The notes under the pieces were generated by a model. It worked only from the letters and a program-made list of their open reading frames with translations. It searched no databases and had not been told where the DNA came from. 64,000 nucleotides of DNA from Acidiferrobacteraceae bacterium (GTDB lineage: Bacteria; Pseudomonadota; Gammaproteobacteria; Acidiferrobacterales; SZUA-150). The position numbers and the translations under genes were made by a program. The stretch is from positions 30,377 through 94,376 of the forward strand of contig QIGL01000092.1 in the NCBI GenBank assembly GCA_003228915.1. The letters are read 5' to 3'. Of the stretch, positions 9,802-19,362 are shown piece after piece; position 1 is the first letter of the stretch; each line of letters begins with the position of its first letter.

Positions 9802-10572
9802 TTAGGGTGCTTTCATTGCTTTGTGAAAACCTATCATTCCTCCGAGCAGAGTTTTCTGCGAGACATCCTGGTATCCCAATTGTTCAAGCAACTGGGAAAA
9901 TTCATTTGCCGAATAGAACATGCGCAAGGCGTTAATAAAATAATCTCGACAATTTAATGCCGCACTACCACTGTGAAAAATAACGGCAGTAATGGTAAGG
10001 CAAACGCGCAGATAGGCGTAATACATAAATTCTATGGTGCTGTTGCCAGGGCGCAACATGTCACTGTGATAAAAGTAGCCGCCGGGTTTGAGTACCCGCT
10101 GGATCTCACTGGATACATCCATTATACGCAAGTGTCGGGAGGCATATTGCAAGGTTACGATATCGAAATGGTTGTCCGGGAACGGCAAGCTGTGGGCGTC
10201 ACCAGTTATACTTTCAATATGTTTGCCCTGTTTTTTTGCGGTAACCTGGCCAACTTCCTGCATGGCCACACTTCGATCGATGGCCCAAACTTCCAGGTCC
10301 GGTTGTTTGTCCAGAAGCGCCAAACCAATAGCATTGGTGCCCGAGCAAACATCCAGTGCTTTCATTCCGGTACTAACATCGATTGTGGACAAAAATTCAC
10401 GCCGGAACCAGTTCCACAATCCCAGGCTGGCAACGTGGTTTGCCCGGTCATAATATTTGGCCACATCCGCAAAAACATTATTAAGTTCCTCGTTCCAGAC
10501 GTGATCAAATTTCTGTTCCCGGTTATTTTCCCTTATTGCGAATTGATTGGTGCGTACGCCATTGACCATCAT
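9802..10572 (-). CDS. Class I SAM-dependent methyltransferase, UbiE/MenG-like paralogue
   Basis: The N-terminal block VFADVAKYYDRANHVASLGLWNWFRREF parallels the UbiE block VF..VA.KYD.MND..S.G.HR.WK. SAM motif I is LDVCSGTN and the post-I/II motif is LKPGGYFY. There is an SD (AAGGA) before the ATG. Confidence 0.7.
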   Translation of the reverse strand: MMVNGVRTNQFAIRENNREQKFDHVWNEELNNVFADVAKYYDRANHVASLGLWNWFRREFLSTIDVSTGMKALDVCSGTNAIGLALLDKQPDLEVWAIDRSVAMQEVGQVTAKKQGKHIESITGDAHSLPFPDNHFDIVTLQYASRHLRIMDVSSEIQRVLKPGGYFYHSDMLRPGNSTIEFMYYAYLRVCLTITAVIFHSGSAALNCRDYFINALRMFYSANEFSQLLEQLGYQDVSQKTLLGGMIGFHKAMKAP

Positions 10573-10639
10573 TTATTCCTTTTTTTAATGTTATTATACC
10601 CATGACAACATGGCTTTTATGTATGCTTTTGCAGCCGAA

Positions 10640-10825
10640 TCATTTGTCCAGGTTATCTTTTTCGCTTATACCGTCATCATCTTTTAAAATTCGATAGGCA
10701 GGCCCTTCAAGGTCATCAAACTGTCCACTTCTGATGGCCCAGAAAAAAACCGTGATTACCAGTAGTATAAAAATTATTGCAATCGTTACCAGCAGGTAAA
10801 TAATATCCAAGAGAAATAATATCCA
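10640..10825 (-). CDS. ccoS: cbb3 oxidase maturation protein CcoS/FixS (61 aa)
   Basis: This gene is not in the supplied ORF track and was found by hand translation: MDIISLGYFYLLVTIAIIFILLVITVFFWAIRSGQFDDLEGPAYRILKDDDGISEKDNLDK. It has one TM helix and the CcoS signature FWA.RSGQFDDLEGPA.RIL.DD. It starts 8 nt after the ccoI stop. Confidence 0.8.
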   Translation of the reverse strand, partial: WILFLLDIIYLLVTIAIIFILLVITVFFWAIRSGQFDDLEGPAYRILKDDDGISEKDNLDK

Positions 10826-10832
10826 TAAAAAG

Positions 10833-13319
10833 TTAAACAGTAGTATGCCTCAGACGTATCGAGTTTAAAACAACGATTAGCGAGCTTGCCGACATCCCTA
10901 TGGCTGCCATCCATGGTGTGACGACTGCAGAAATAGCAAGTGTGATTGCGACGGTATTATAAAGCAGTGCCCATGAGAGATTCTGTTTCAGGACTGACAT
11001 TGTTTTTTCAGCCAGCCTAAATGCAGTATAAATTCTGCTAATTTTGTCAGTCACCAGGACTATATCTGATGATACGGCAGCAAGTGCCGCACCCTCACCA
11101 ATAGCAATCGATACATCAGCACAAGCCAGTACTGGCGCATCATTAATACCATCTCCCACCATCACAACGACATGACCTTTTTCCTGTAGCGCCTTCACGT
11201 AGTCAAGTTTCTCTTGGGGTGTTTTTGAAGCAATGACATTATTTATACCGACCTGTTTGGCCACGTACTCAGCCGGTGCACCATGATCGCCTGTTAGCAG
11301 GCTCACTGTTTTGTTGACTGATAGGAGTTTTTTTATTAAATCGGCGGCATCATCCCTAACCTCATCGGCAAAAAGGAAACCCGCAACCAGGTTTTCCTGG
11401 TTGGCAAGATACACTTTGGTTTCACCGGTTTTGCCAGGTTTGGTGTTGAACTCATCTTGCCCCGTGACAGATTGCGTACAGATACTATTGATAAATTTTG
11501 AGGAGCCAATAAACCATTTCGTATTATTAACCAGGCCTGCCAAGCCCAGCCCGGGATGGCTAATAATATCAGTTGCCGGTTCTGCAATAACATCAGAATG
11601 ATTTTTCAGGGCATTGGCTAATGGATGTGCGGAGCCAGTCTCAAGTGCGCTGGCAATACTTAATACCTCGGCTTTAGTTAATTTCCCATAGGTTGTCACT
11701 TTCTTTAATTTGAACTTTCCGGTAGTCAGGGTACCGGTTTTATCAAAAATAAAATGTGACGCCCTGGCCAGTACCTGGAATTTATTTCCTTTGGTTAATA
11801 AAATACCACGAGAAGTCAGAAAACCCATGGCCGTGGAAAACGCGGTTGGGGTTGCCAGTGACAAGGCGCAAGGACAGGCAACAATGAGTATGGCGATAAT
11901 CACCGGGATGGCGAGTTCTGGTGTGACCAGCCACCAGTAGCCGCCGCTTGCCAGTGAGATTAACAATACAATGGTTACGAAGTAAGCCGCTATCCTGTCG
12001 GCCAGCAAGGCGATAGCCGGTTTTTCTGACTGGGCGCGCTCAACCAGTCTGGCCAGTGTTGCCAGTATTGTATCCTGGGCAATATGGGTCACACGAATTT
12101 TGACTGGATGGTCCCGATTGATACTGCCGCCGATAACCTGATCGCCGCTTTGTCGTAAAACAGGATAGCTCTCACCTGTCATCAGCGATTCATCCAGGCT
12201 TGATTGCCCGGCTATGATGACGCCATCAACTGGCACAATTTCCCCTGGTCGGACCAGCAAGATATCCCCCTTTTTTATGACTGATGCAGGCAAGGTTTCT
12301 TCAATATTTTTTTCGTTTATTTTTGTCGCCATCAGCGGCGTTCGTTGTGTCACCGCCTCAATACGGTTGGCAGTATGTCTTCGTGCATTTAGTTCAAAAT
12401 ACTTTGCTGATAAAAGAAAAAACACAAACATAGCAATGGCATCAAAGTAAATATGACCATATCCGGTAACTGTCGCGTAAGTTGATGCAATAAAGGCGAC
12501 TGCAAGTCCCAGTGAGACCGAGACATCCATACCGATTTTCATATTTTTAATATTGCGAAGTGCATTTTTTGTAAACGGGTCAGCAGCGTAAATAATTACC
12601 GGCAGGGTTAAGCCAAGACTAAGCCAGCGGAAAAAAGTACGTACACCGCTTTCCATAACAAGCCCGTTATCGCTGTACATTGCCACGGCCAGTATCATTA
12701 CTTGCATACCCAGTATCGCAGCCAGCCCCAGTCGTTTTAGGAGAGATTTTTTTTCGCTATCAAATACTGCTTCCTGACTTTGCGGGTCATAGGGGTAAGC
12801 ACGGTAGCCAATATTATTTATACCTTCGAGGATGGTGCTTAACTTGATTTGGTTATCATCCCAGGTAATCTGGGCACGGTGAGTAGCGTAATTTATGATA
12901 ACGGAATGAACGCCACCCAGTTTTTTCAGATAGCTTTCATTGAGCCAGACACAGGCAGCACAGGTAATACCTTCCAGTATCAGCGACGCTTCTTTTAGCT
13001 GGTTCTTGCCAGAATAAACAAAACTTTGTTGTACTTGCGGGTTATCAAAAGCCTGTAATTCATGCAATGACGCAGGCACGATATCTAGCCTGCTGTTAGC
13101 GGGTGTTTGCCGATCCTGGTAATAATCGTCAAGCCCGGCTGCCTGGATGGCCTGGCAAACGGCCAGGCAGCCAAAGCAACACATGGGTTTTGCCGACCCT
13201 TTAATATCAATATTGATACCTGTGTTGTCCGGGACAGGCAGACCGCAGTGATAGCAGTGATGTTCTGAAACTTCCGTAACCCGGCTATGATATTTGGAGC
13301 TTGTAGACATAGGCATCAT
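10833..13319 (-). CDS. ccoI: Copper-translocating P1B-type ATPase CcoI/FixI
   Basis: N-terminal Cys clusters (HCYHCGLPVP, CCFGCLAVC), the TM CPC motif (VACPCALSLATP), the phosphorylation site DKTGTLT and the hinge GDGINDAP. It is adjacent to ccoS and the cbb3 genes. Confidence 0.9.
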   Translation of the reverse strand: MMPMSTSSKYHSRVTEVSEHHCYHCGLPVPDNTGINIDIKGSAKPMCCFGCLAVCQAIQAAGLDDYYQDRQTPANSRLDIVPASLHELQAFDNPQVQQSFVYSGKNQLKEASLILEGITCAACVWLNESYLKKLGGVHSVIINYATHRAQITWDDNQIKLSTILEGINNIGYRAYPYDPQSQEAVFDSEKKSLLKRLGLAAILGMQVMILAVAMYSDNGLVMESGVRTFFRWLSLGLTLPVIIYAADPFTKNALRNIKNMKIGMDVSVSLGLAVAFIASTYATVTGYGHIYFDAIAMFVFFLLSAKYFELNARRHTANRIEAVTQRTPLMATKINEKNIEETLPASVIKKGDILLVRPGEIVPVDGVIIAGQSSLDESLMTGESYPVLRQSGDQVIGGSINRDHPVKIRVTHIAQDTILATLARLVERAQSEKPAIALLADRIAAYFVTIVLLISLASGGYWWLVTPELAIPVIIAILIVACPCALSLATPTAFSTAMGFLTSRGILLTKGNKFQVLARASHFIFDKTGTLTTGKFKLKKVTTYGKLTKAEVLSIASALETGSAHPLANALKNHSDVIAEPATDIISHPGLGLAGLVNNTKWFIGSSKFINSICTQSVTGQDEFNTKPGKTGETKVYLANQENLVAGFLFADEVRDDAADLIKKLLSVNKTVSLLTGDHGAPAEYVAKQVGINNVIASKTPQEKLDYVKALQEKGHVVVMVGDGINDAPVLACADVSIAIGEGAALAAVSSDIVLVTDKISRIYTAFRLAEKTMSVLKQNLSWALLYNTVAITLAISAVVTPWMAAIGMSASSLIVVLNSIRLRHTTV

Positions 13320-13407
13320 TAATAGCGTGTGTCGACGCCGTGTTTGAGCAGGCAGTTTGGACTGGTTCTACCTGTTAAGGCTAATTTTCTGGAGACGGGA
13401 CAAAACT

Positions 13408-13456
13408 TTGATATAAATCAATTTAATAAGCCTAAGGTGCTGTTAGAATGCCACCG
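13408..13456 (+). promoter_or_regulatory. Class II FNR/Anr-type promoter: perfect TTGAT-N4-ATCAA box plus a correctly spaced -10 (TAGAAT)
   Basis: TTGATATAAATCAA lies at 13408-13421. TAGAAT at 13444-13449 falls at -12 to -7 if the box is centred at -41.5, which predicts a TSS near 13456. The promoter faces yip1-ccoNOQP, and the palindromic box could also serve the divergent ccoIS. Confidence 0.6.
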
Positions 13457-13611
13457 GTTGTCTGTTCCAGGATATGACAAATATCTGAAATTTCGATTAC
13501 TTAAATCAAGAAATCATTCATAAATCAACAAAGACTATGTTATATAAGCCATACCGATTTTATTTAAGCCGGTATATGTGACTGCGGCGCTGATTTCAAG
13601 GGGAAACGTGA

Positions 13612-14214
13612 ATGGTATTAAATCATGTTTGGGGTTTGTTTGCCCATCCAGAAGAAGAATGGAAGGAAATACGTAAAGAGAATTGTGGTATCGGCCGATG
13701 TTATTGTACCCACGTATTATTCCTCGCAGCTATTCCGCCCGTAGCCGGTTTTATCGGTACCACCCAGATAGGCTGGCACCTGGGAAGTGGAGGGGCCGTA
13801 ACATTAACGATTGGGAGTGCCTTGGGCATTTCATTGATGTATTACCTGGCCATGCTGGTGGGTGTTTTTAGTATAGGTAAGTTAATTCACTGGATGGGGC
13901 AGACCTATGGCACCAAACAACCCCTGCCACGATGCATTGGCCTGGCCGCCTATACCGCAACCCCGCTTTTTCTTACCGGTCTCATGGGGCTGCATCCGAT
14001 ATTGTGGTTAAATTTTCTCGTTGGCCTGCCGGCCCTGGCTTATACCGTTTATCTATTATATATCGGTGTACCGATTATGCTTGAGATTAGTAAAGAGCGT
14101 GGTTTCCTGTTTTCAACTGCCGTATTGGCAGTGGGACTGGTAGCGCTGGTGGCCTTGATGGCCGTGACAGTTGTGATCTGGGATGCAGGGATAGGCCCGG
14201 TTCTTAGCAGCTAG
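13612..14214 (+). CDS. Yip1-family integral membrane protein
   Basis: The soluble N-terminus (WGLFAHPEEEWKEIRKE) followed by 5 TM helices is the Yip1/YohC-like layout. The gene sits between the FNR promoter and ccoN. Confidence 0.6.
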   Translation: MVLNHVWGLFAHPEEEWKEIRKENCGIGRCYCTHVLFLAAIPPVAGFIGTTQIGWHLGSGGAVTLTIGSALGISLMYYLAMLVGVFSIGKLIHWMGQTYGTKQPLPRCIGLAAYTATPLFLTGLMGLHPILWLNFLVGLPALAYTVYLLYIGVPIMLEISKERGFLFSTAVLAVGLVALVALMAVTVVIWDAGIGPVLSS

Positions 14215-14291
14215 TCTATATTTATAAAATTTTTATATGTTAAGCATAAAATTATTAAAAACTAGATTTTAATGTCTCACTAATTTAAGGA

Positions 14292-15713
14292 ATGGCCATG
14301 GCTGAAACAGAAACCTATAATTATACTGTCGTCCGGCAGTTTGCCATTATGACCATCGTCTGGGGTGTTGTTGGCATGCTCGTGGGTGTGGTTATAGCCT
14401 CGCAAATGGCATGGCCGGCGCTGAATTTTGATACACCCTGGTTGTCCTTTGGCCGTTTACGGCCCCTGCACACCAACGCGGTGATATTTGCCTTCGGTGG
14501 CTCCGCCTTGTTTTCAACTTCCTACTATATTGTTCAGCGAACATGCCATGCCCGCTTATTTGCCGGCAAGCTCGCCGCATTTACATTCTGGGGATGGCAA
14601 CTGGTAATTTTATCTGCCGTGATTACCTTGCCTATGGGTATTACAACCTCTAAAGAATATGCAGAGCTGGAATGGCCGATTGATATTCTCATTACGCTTG
14701 TCTGGGTGTCTTATGCCATAGTATTTTTTGGTACCATTATCAAACGCAAGACACCCCATATCTATGTTGCTAACTGGTTTTTTGGCGCCTTTATTCTGGT
14801 CGTAGCGCTACTGCATGTTGTCAATAGTGCCGCAATACCTGTGAGCATGTTCAAATCCTACTCGGTTTATTCCGGTGCCCAGGATGCCATGGTGCAGTGG
14901 TGGTATGGCCACAATGCAGTTGGATTTTTTCTGACCGCAGGCTTTCTGGGCATGATGTATTATTTTGTGCCCAAGCAGGCGAATCGTCCGGTTTATTCAT
15001 ATCGATTATCTGTTGTTCATTTTTGGGCCCTGATCTTTACCTATATCTGGGCCGGCCCCCATCATTTACATTACACGGCATTGCCAGACTGGACCCAGTC
15101 ACTGGGCATGGTTTTTTCGTTAATCCTGCTGGCGCCCAGCTGGGGTGGCATGATCAATGGCATCATGACCCTGTCAGGTGCCTGGCAAAAATTACGAACT
15201 GATCCGATACTCCGATTCCTGATCGTGTCAGTCTCGTTTTACGGCATGTCAACTTTCGAGGGTCCAATGATGGCCATCAAAACTGTGAACGCCTTATCTC
15301 ACTACACAGACTGGACTATTGGCCATGTCCATTCTGGCGCCCTGGGCTGGGTTGCGATGATCTCCATGGGGGCAATGTATTATTTAATCCCGAGACTTTT
15401 TGATCGAAAAATTTACAGTCTGCAATTAATCGAAGTCCATTTCTGGCTGGCTACGCTTGGTATCGTTTTATATATTGCCTCCATGTGGGTATCCGGTGTG
15501 ATGCAAGGCCTGATGTGGCGAGCGGTTAATGCCGACGGCACACTTACCTATAGTTTTGTCGAAAGCGTACAGGCGATGCACCCGTTTTATATTGTCAGAT
15601 TTCTTGGCGGCACGTTCTTTTTAGTTGGCATGTTAGTGATGGCCTATAACATCTGGCGAACAATTGAAGGCGCTAAACCGGCTATCGCAGCAATTCCTGC
15701 ACCAGCCCATTAG
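14292..15713 (+). CDS. ccoN: Cytochrome c oxidase cbb3-type subunit I
   Basis: 473 aa with multiple TM helices and a heme-copper oxidase core ([27 protein letters not shown]). It is followed by ccoO, ccoQ and ccoP. Confidence 0.95.
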   Translation: MAMAETETYNYTVVRQFAIMTIVWGVVGMLVGVVIASQMAWPALNFDTPWLSFGRLRPLHTNAVIFAFGGSALFSTSYYIVQRTCHARLFAGKLAAFTFWGWQLVILSAVITLPMGITTSKEYAELEWPIDILITLVWVSYAIVFFGTIIKRKTPHIYVANWFFGAFILVVALLHVVNSAAIPVSMFKSYSVYSGAQDAMVQWWYGHNAVGFFLTAGFLGMMYYFVPKQANRPVYSYRLSVVHFWALIFTYIWAGPHHLHYTALPDWTQSLGMVFSLILLAPSWGGMINGIMTLSGAWQKLRTDPILRFLIVSVSFYGMSTFEGPMMAIKTVNALSHYTDWTIGHVHSGALGWVAMISMGAMYYLIPRLFDRKIYSLQLIEVHFWLATLGIVLYIASMWVSGVMQGLMWRAVNADGTLTYSFVESVQAMHPFYIVRFLGGTFFLVGMLVMAYNIWRTIEGAKPAIAAIPAPAH

Positions 15714-15726
15714 CGGGGGAATATTT

Positions 15727-16338
15727 ATGTTTGGTCATGAAAAAATAGAAACAAATATTGGCTTGATGCTGGTACTGGTTTTGATTGTTGTTAGTGTTGG
15801 CGGTCTGGTTCAGATTGTGCCACTTTTTTTCCAACACTCGACAACGGAGCCCGTTCAGGGCCTGAAACCTTACACGGCACTACAGCTTGAGGGTCGTGAT
15901 ATTTATATCCGCGAAGGTTGTAGCGTTTGCCATTCACAAATGATTCGTCCGTTCAGGGCGGAAACGGAACGTTACGGTCATTATTCAGTGGCCGGCGAGT
16001 TTGTTTATGATCGGCCTTTCTTGTGGGGATCCAAGCGAACTGGCCCCGACCTGCATCGAGTCGGTGGCCGTTATGGTGATGACTGGCACCGCGTACATTT
16101 GAACAACCCGCGCGATGTTGTACCAGAATCAATTATGCCTGCTTATCCGTGGTTTGCAGAAAATCAACTGGATGGAAAGTATATTCAGAAAAAGATGACT
16201 GTGCTCAGGACCCTGGGCCATCCCTATACTGATGAACAAATTGCCGGCGCACCAGGTAAGTTAAAGGGTAAAACAGAAATGGATGCTGTCGTTGCCTATT
16301 TACAAGGCCTTGGTACTGCAATCAAGACCAGGAGATAG
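15727..16338 (+). CDS. ccoO: cbb3 oxidase subunit II (monoheme c)
   Basis: Starts MFGHEKIE with an SD (GGGGGAA) upstream. Has an N-terminal TM helix and the heme motif [11 protein letters not shown]. The track ORF start at 15664 overlaps ccoN and is unlikely. Confidence 0.95.
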   Translation: MFGHEKIETNIGLMLVLVLIVVSVGGLVQIVPLFFQHSTTEPVQGLKPYTALQLEGRDIYIREGCSVCHSQMIRPFRAETERYGHYSVAGEFVYDRPFLWGSKRTGPDLHRVGGRYGDDWHRVHLNNPRDVVPESIMPAYPWFAENQLDGKYIQKKMTVLRTLGHPYTDEQIAGAPGKLKGKTEMDAVVAYLQGLGTAIKTRR

Positions 16339-16342
16339 TTTG

Positions 16343-16504
16343 ATGATGATGTTTCATGTGTTCTGGACGGTATTGCTGTTTTTAATATTCATTGGCATTA
16401 TTTTTTGGGCTTTTAGTGGCGCCCGTAAAACATCATTTGATCAGGCTTCACGAATGCCCCTTGAAGATGATGATGACCCAACAATACATAAAGATCGGAG
16501 TTGA
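16343..16504 (+). CDS. ccoQ: cbb3 oxidase small subunit CcoQ (53 aa)
   Basis: MMMFHVFWTVLLFLIFIGIIFWAFSG: a single TM helix in the position between ccoO and ccoP. The start was chosen at the first ATG after the ccoO stop. Confidence 0.7.
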   Translation: MMMFHVFWTVLLFLIFIGIIFWAFSGARKTSFDQASRMPLEDDDDPTIHKDRS

Positions 16505-16509
16505 TCGAT

Positions 16510-17406
16510 ATGGCAGATTTTACAAGTAATTTTTGGAGCTGGTATATAATTATCCCAGTAGTTGCCGGGTTTATATTTTGTCTCTTTTTAATAATCTGGA
16601 TGTCTGGTGGCACGCTCTCTGGTGGCAAGGCAAAACCCACCGGCCATATTTGGGATGAAGATCTGCAGGAGCTTAACAACCCGTTGCCTGGATGGTGGGT
16701 GAATCTTTTTTATATTACGATCGTGTTCGGCGCGATTTACCTGGTACTTTACCCGGGACTGGGCAATTATGAAGGTCTGTTGGGATGGACGTCTCAGGGT
16801 CGTTACGAAAAAGAAGTCAAGGCTGCCGATAAAAGATTTTCGCCTATTTACAAGGCATATGCCCAGGTAAATCTTCGAACCCTGGTGCACGATGCCAAGG
16901 CCATGAAAACAGGCCAGCGCTTGTTCACAAATTATTGTACGGTTTGCCATGGTTCTGATGCTGGCGGCGCACCGGGTTTTCCAAATCTTACTGATTCAGC
17001 CTGGTTATATGGCGGTGAGCCTGAGCAAATAAAACAAAGTATCATGAACGGGCGCGCTGGCGTGATGCCAGCCTGGGAGCCGGCCCTGGGGGCAAAAGGT
17101 GTCCACGAGGTGGGTGAGTATGTGATTAGCTTGAGTGGGCGCAAGGTACATATCAGCGCAGCAGAGGCGGGCGAGAAACGATTTATGGCAATGTGTGCAG
17201 CTTGTCATGGCAAAGATGGGAAAGGTAAGATCGCCCTGGGGGCCCCCAATTTGACGGACAATATCTGGCTCTATGGCGGCTCACAAAAAACCATTAATGA
17301 GTCTATTGCCAAAGGTCGGGGTGGTAAAATGCCGGCCCATAAGGACTTCCTGGGCGCTGACAAGGTTCATTTGCTGGCAGCCTATATCTATAGTCTTTCG
17401 CGGTGA
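16510..17406 (+). CDS. ccoP: cbb3 oxidase subunit III (diheme c)
   Basis: N-terminal MADFTSNFWSWYI, a TM helix, and two CxxCH motifs (CTVCHG, CAACHG). Confidence 0.9.
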   Translation: MADFTSNFWSWYIIIPVVAGFIFCLFLIIWMSGGTLSGGKAKPTGHIWDEDLQELNNPLPGWWVNLFYITIVFGAIYLVLYPGLGNYEGLLGWTSQGRYEKEVKAADKRFSPIYKAYAQVNLRTLVHDAKAMKTGQRLFTNYCTVCHGSDAGGAPGFPNLTDSAWLYGGEPEQIKQSIMNGRAGVMPAWEPALGAKGVHEVGEYVISLSGRKVHISAAEAGEKRFMAMCAACHGKDGKGKIALGAPNLTDNIWLYGGSQKTINESIAKGRGGKMPAHKDFLGADKVHLLAAYIYSLSR

Positions 17407-17456
17407 TTTTGGCGTCTCATTTTTCTTTAATGCAAGCAACAACCAGGACAACCTTT

Positions 17457-17765
17457 ATGTCTAGAGCCCCTGAACAAAATGCCGTTTCACCTGGCCTGTC
17501 AGCTGGCACATCGCCCATAACTTTAAAAGTAATATCAATTTTTTGGCCCTCATTTTTAACAGCAGGCCTTGCCACCATTCTCTGTTTTTCAGTTTTTGAT
17601 CCTGAGATGATGTTACTAGATACTCATTTTGCCAACGCAAGCAGGCTCGGCGCTTATACTTCCGGTTTTTTTTCATTTTGGGTGTTAACAGCAAGTTCTT
17701 GCGCTCTGACCTGTTATTTCCAGAAACCATGCGCAGTTAAAAATGCTAAATCAGAAAATATCTAA
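17457..17765 (+). CDS. Hypothetical small membrane protein between ccoP and ccoG
   Basis: The ORF follows ccoP and has two hydrophobic helices (ISIFWPSFLTAGLATILCF, GFFSFWVLTASSCALTCYF). The start is uncertain (17403, 17430 or 17457). I know of no homology. Confidence 0.35.
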   Translation: MSRAPEQNAVSPGLSAGTSPITLKVISIFWPSFLTAGLATILCFSVFDPEMMLLDTHFANASRLGAYTSGFFSFWVLTASSCALTCYFQKPCAVKNAKSENI

Positions 17766-17944
17766 ATAGACGCCAAAGCATCTGTTACAAGTAATACCTG
17801 ATACAAGGATAAACTGGCAAGTTCAGACAGACCGAACCTGGATCCCGGGTAATTAATGGATTTAGTATCCCCATAAAATTCGAATACTCACTGGCTGTTT
17901 TCAGCATGTAGTTATAACCGCTTAAAATTACCTAATTATCAATT

Positions 17945-19348
17945 ATGTCTCAACAGCGAAATAAAATAGATCAATCCGATCCGTTTTATGAAAAACATCA
18001 AAAAATTTATTCTCGGGAAGTGCACGGGATATTTGCACTGTGGCGGGTAACCGGCGTTATAATTTTATTAAGTGTTTACTACGGCACCCCGTGGTTACGT
18101 TGGCAAGGTCACCAGGCAATTTTACTGGATTTACCGGAACGTAAATTCCACATTTTTGCACTAACATTCTGGCCCCAGGATTTTTTCTATTTTGCAATTT
18201 TACTCATAGTCGCCGCCCTGGCATTGTTTTTCTTTACGACACTGGCCGGTAGATTATGGTGCGGTTATGCCTGTCCACAGACGGTGTGGACCGAAGTTTT
18301 TTTAGTTATGGAGCGATGGATAGAAGGCAACCGTATGAAGCAGATGAAACTGGATCAATCTGCTTTTAATATAGAAAAATTCCTCAAAAAATTCAGTAAG
18401 CATTTTGTCTGGATAATATTTTCTGCCTATACGGGATTTACTTTTGTCGGTTACTTTACGCCCATCACCGGCCTGGCCGAAAAGATCATTGAGTTTTCCC
18501 TCGGGCCATGGGAAACGTTCTGGATCGTATTTTACAGTTTTGCTACTTACGGTAATGCTGGCTGGCTGCGTGAACAGGTATGTCTGCACATGTGCCCGTA
18601 TGCGCGGTTCCAGAGCGCCATGTTTGATAAAGATACTTTAGTCATTGCCTATGATGAAAACCGGGGTGAGCCACGAGGCTCAAGAAATAAAAATTCTGAC
18701 CTTCAGGAAAAAGGCCTTGGGGATTGTATAAATTGCACGCTTTGTGTTCAGGCTTGTCCAACCGGAATTGATATCCGTGATGGCCTGCAATACCAGTGTA
18801 TTGCCTGCGCGGCCTGCATAGATGTATGCAATGAAGTCATGGGCAAGATGAATTACAAACCTGGTTTAATAAGCTATACAACTGAAAATGCATCCCATGG
18901 AAAAATGAGTCATTTTTTCAGAGCCAAAACCATCATCTACGGCGCTATACTCCTGATTTTATTGTCTGGTCTCGGGATATCCCTGTTTACGAGGGTACCA
19001 CTGGAAATGGATATCATACGCGACAGGAATACGCTTTATCGAGAATTGCCTGATGGCCTGATTGAAAATGTGTATATTTTAAAAATACTAAATATGGATT
19101 CAGTGGCCCACGAATATAAATTAACAGTGAGTGGCATAAAAAATCTGAAAATGGAAATGAAAATGAAACTTGACCATATGCTGGTACCATCAGGTGAGAT
19201 CATTGAAATGCCGATCGTGTTGCGGGTATCGAGCCTTGGACTTGCTAAGCGCAGTAATGCCGTGGAGTTCAAGCTTGTGGCCAAAGACAAGCCGGCGTTG
19301 ACCGTAACAAAGGAAGCACGATTCCTGGGACCGATACCAAACCACTAA
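17945..19348 (+). CDS. ccoG: cbb3 assembly ferredoxin CcoG/FixG/RdxA
   Basis: TM helices, the motif LWCGYACPQT, and two 4Fe-4S motifs (CINCTLCVQACP, CIACAACIDVC). Confidence 0.9.
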   Translation: MSQQRNKIDQSDPFYEKHQKIYSREVHGIFALWRVTGVIILLSVYYGTPWLRWQGHQAILLDLPERKFHIFALTFWPQDFFYFAILLIVAALALFFFTTLAGRLWCGYACPQTVWTEVFLVMERWIEGNRMKQMKLDQSAFNIEKFLKKFSKHFVWIIFSAYTGFTFVGYFTPITGLAEKIIEFSLGPWETFWIVFYSFATYGNAGWLREQVCLHMCPYARFQSAMFDKDTLVIAYDENRGEPRGSRNKNSDLQEKGLGDCINCTLCVQACPTGIDIRDGLQYQCIACAACIDVCNEVMGKMNYKPGLISYTTENASHGKMSHFFRAKTIIYGAILLILLSGLGISLFTRVPLEMDIIRDRNTLYRELPDGLIENVYILKILNMDSVAHEYKLTVSGIKNLKMEMKMKLDHMLVPSGEIIEMPIVLRVSSLGLAKRSNAVEFKLVAKDKPALTVTKEARFLGPIPNH

Positions 19349-19362
19349 GCAGGTTACAACGA

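Noticed and set aside
9973-10605. 210-aa ORF on the plus strand
   Set aside because: It lies entirely antisense to the motif-supported UbiE-like methyltransferase. It has no SD and no recognisable motif, so it is a shadow ORF.
13329-13523. 64-aa ORF in the ccoI / yip1 intergenic region
   Set aside because: It overlaps the FNR box and the predicted promoter, and it has no SD. I interpret the region as regulatory.
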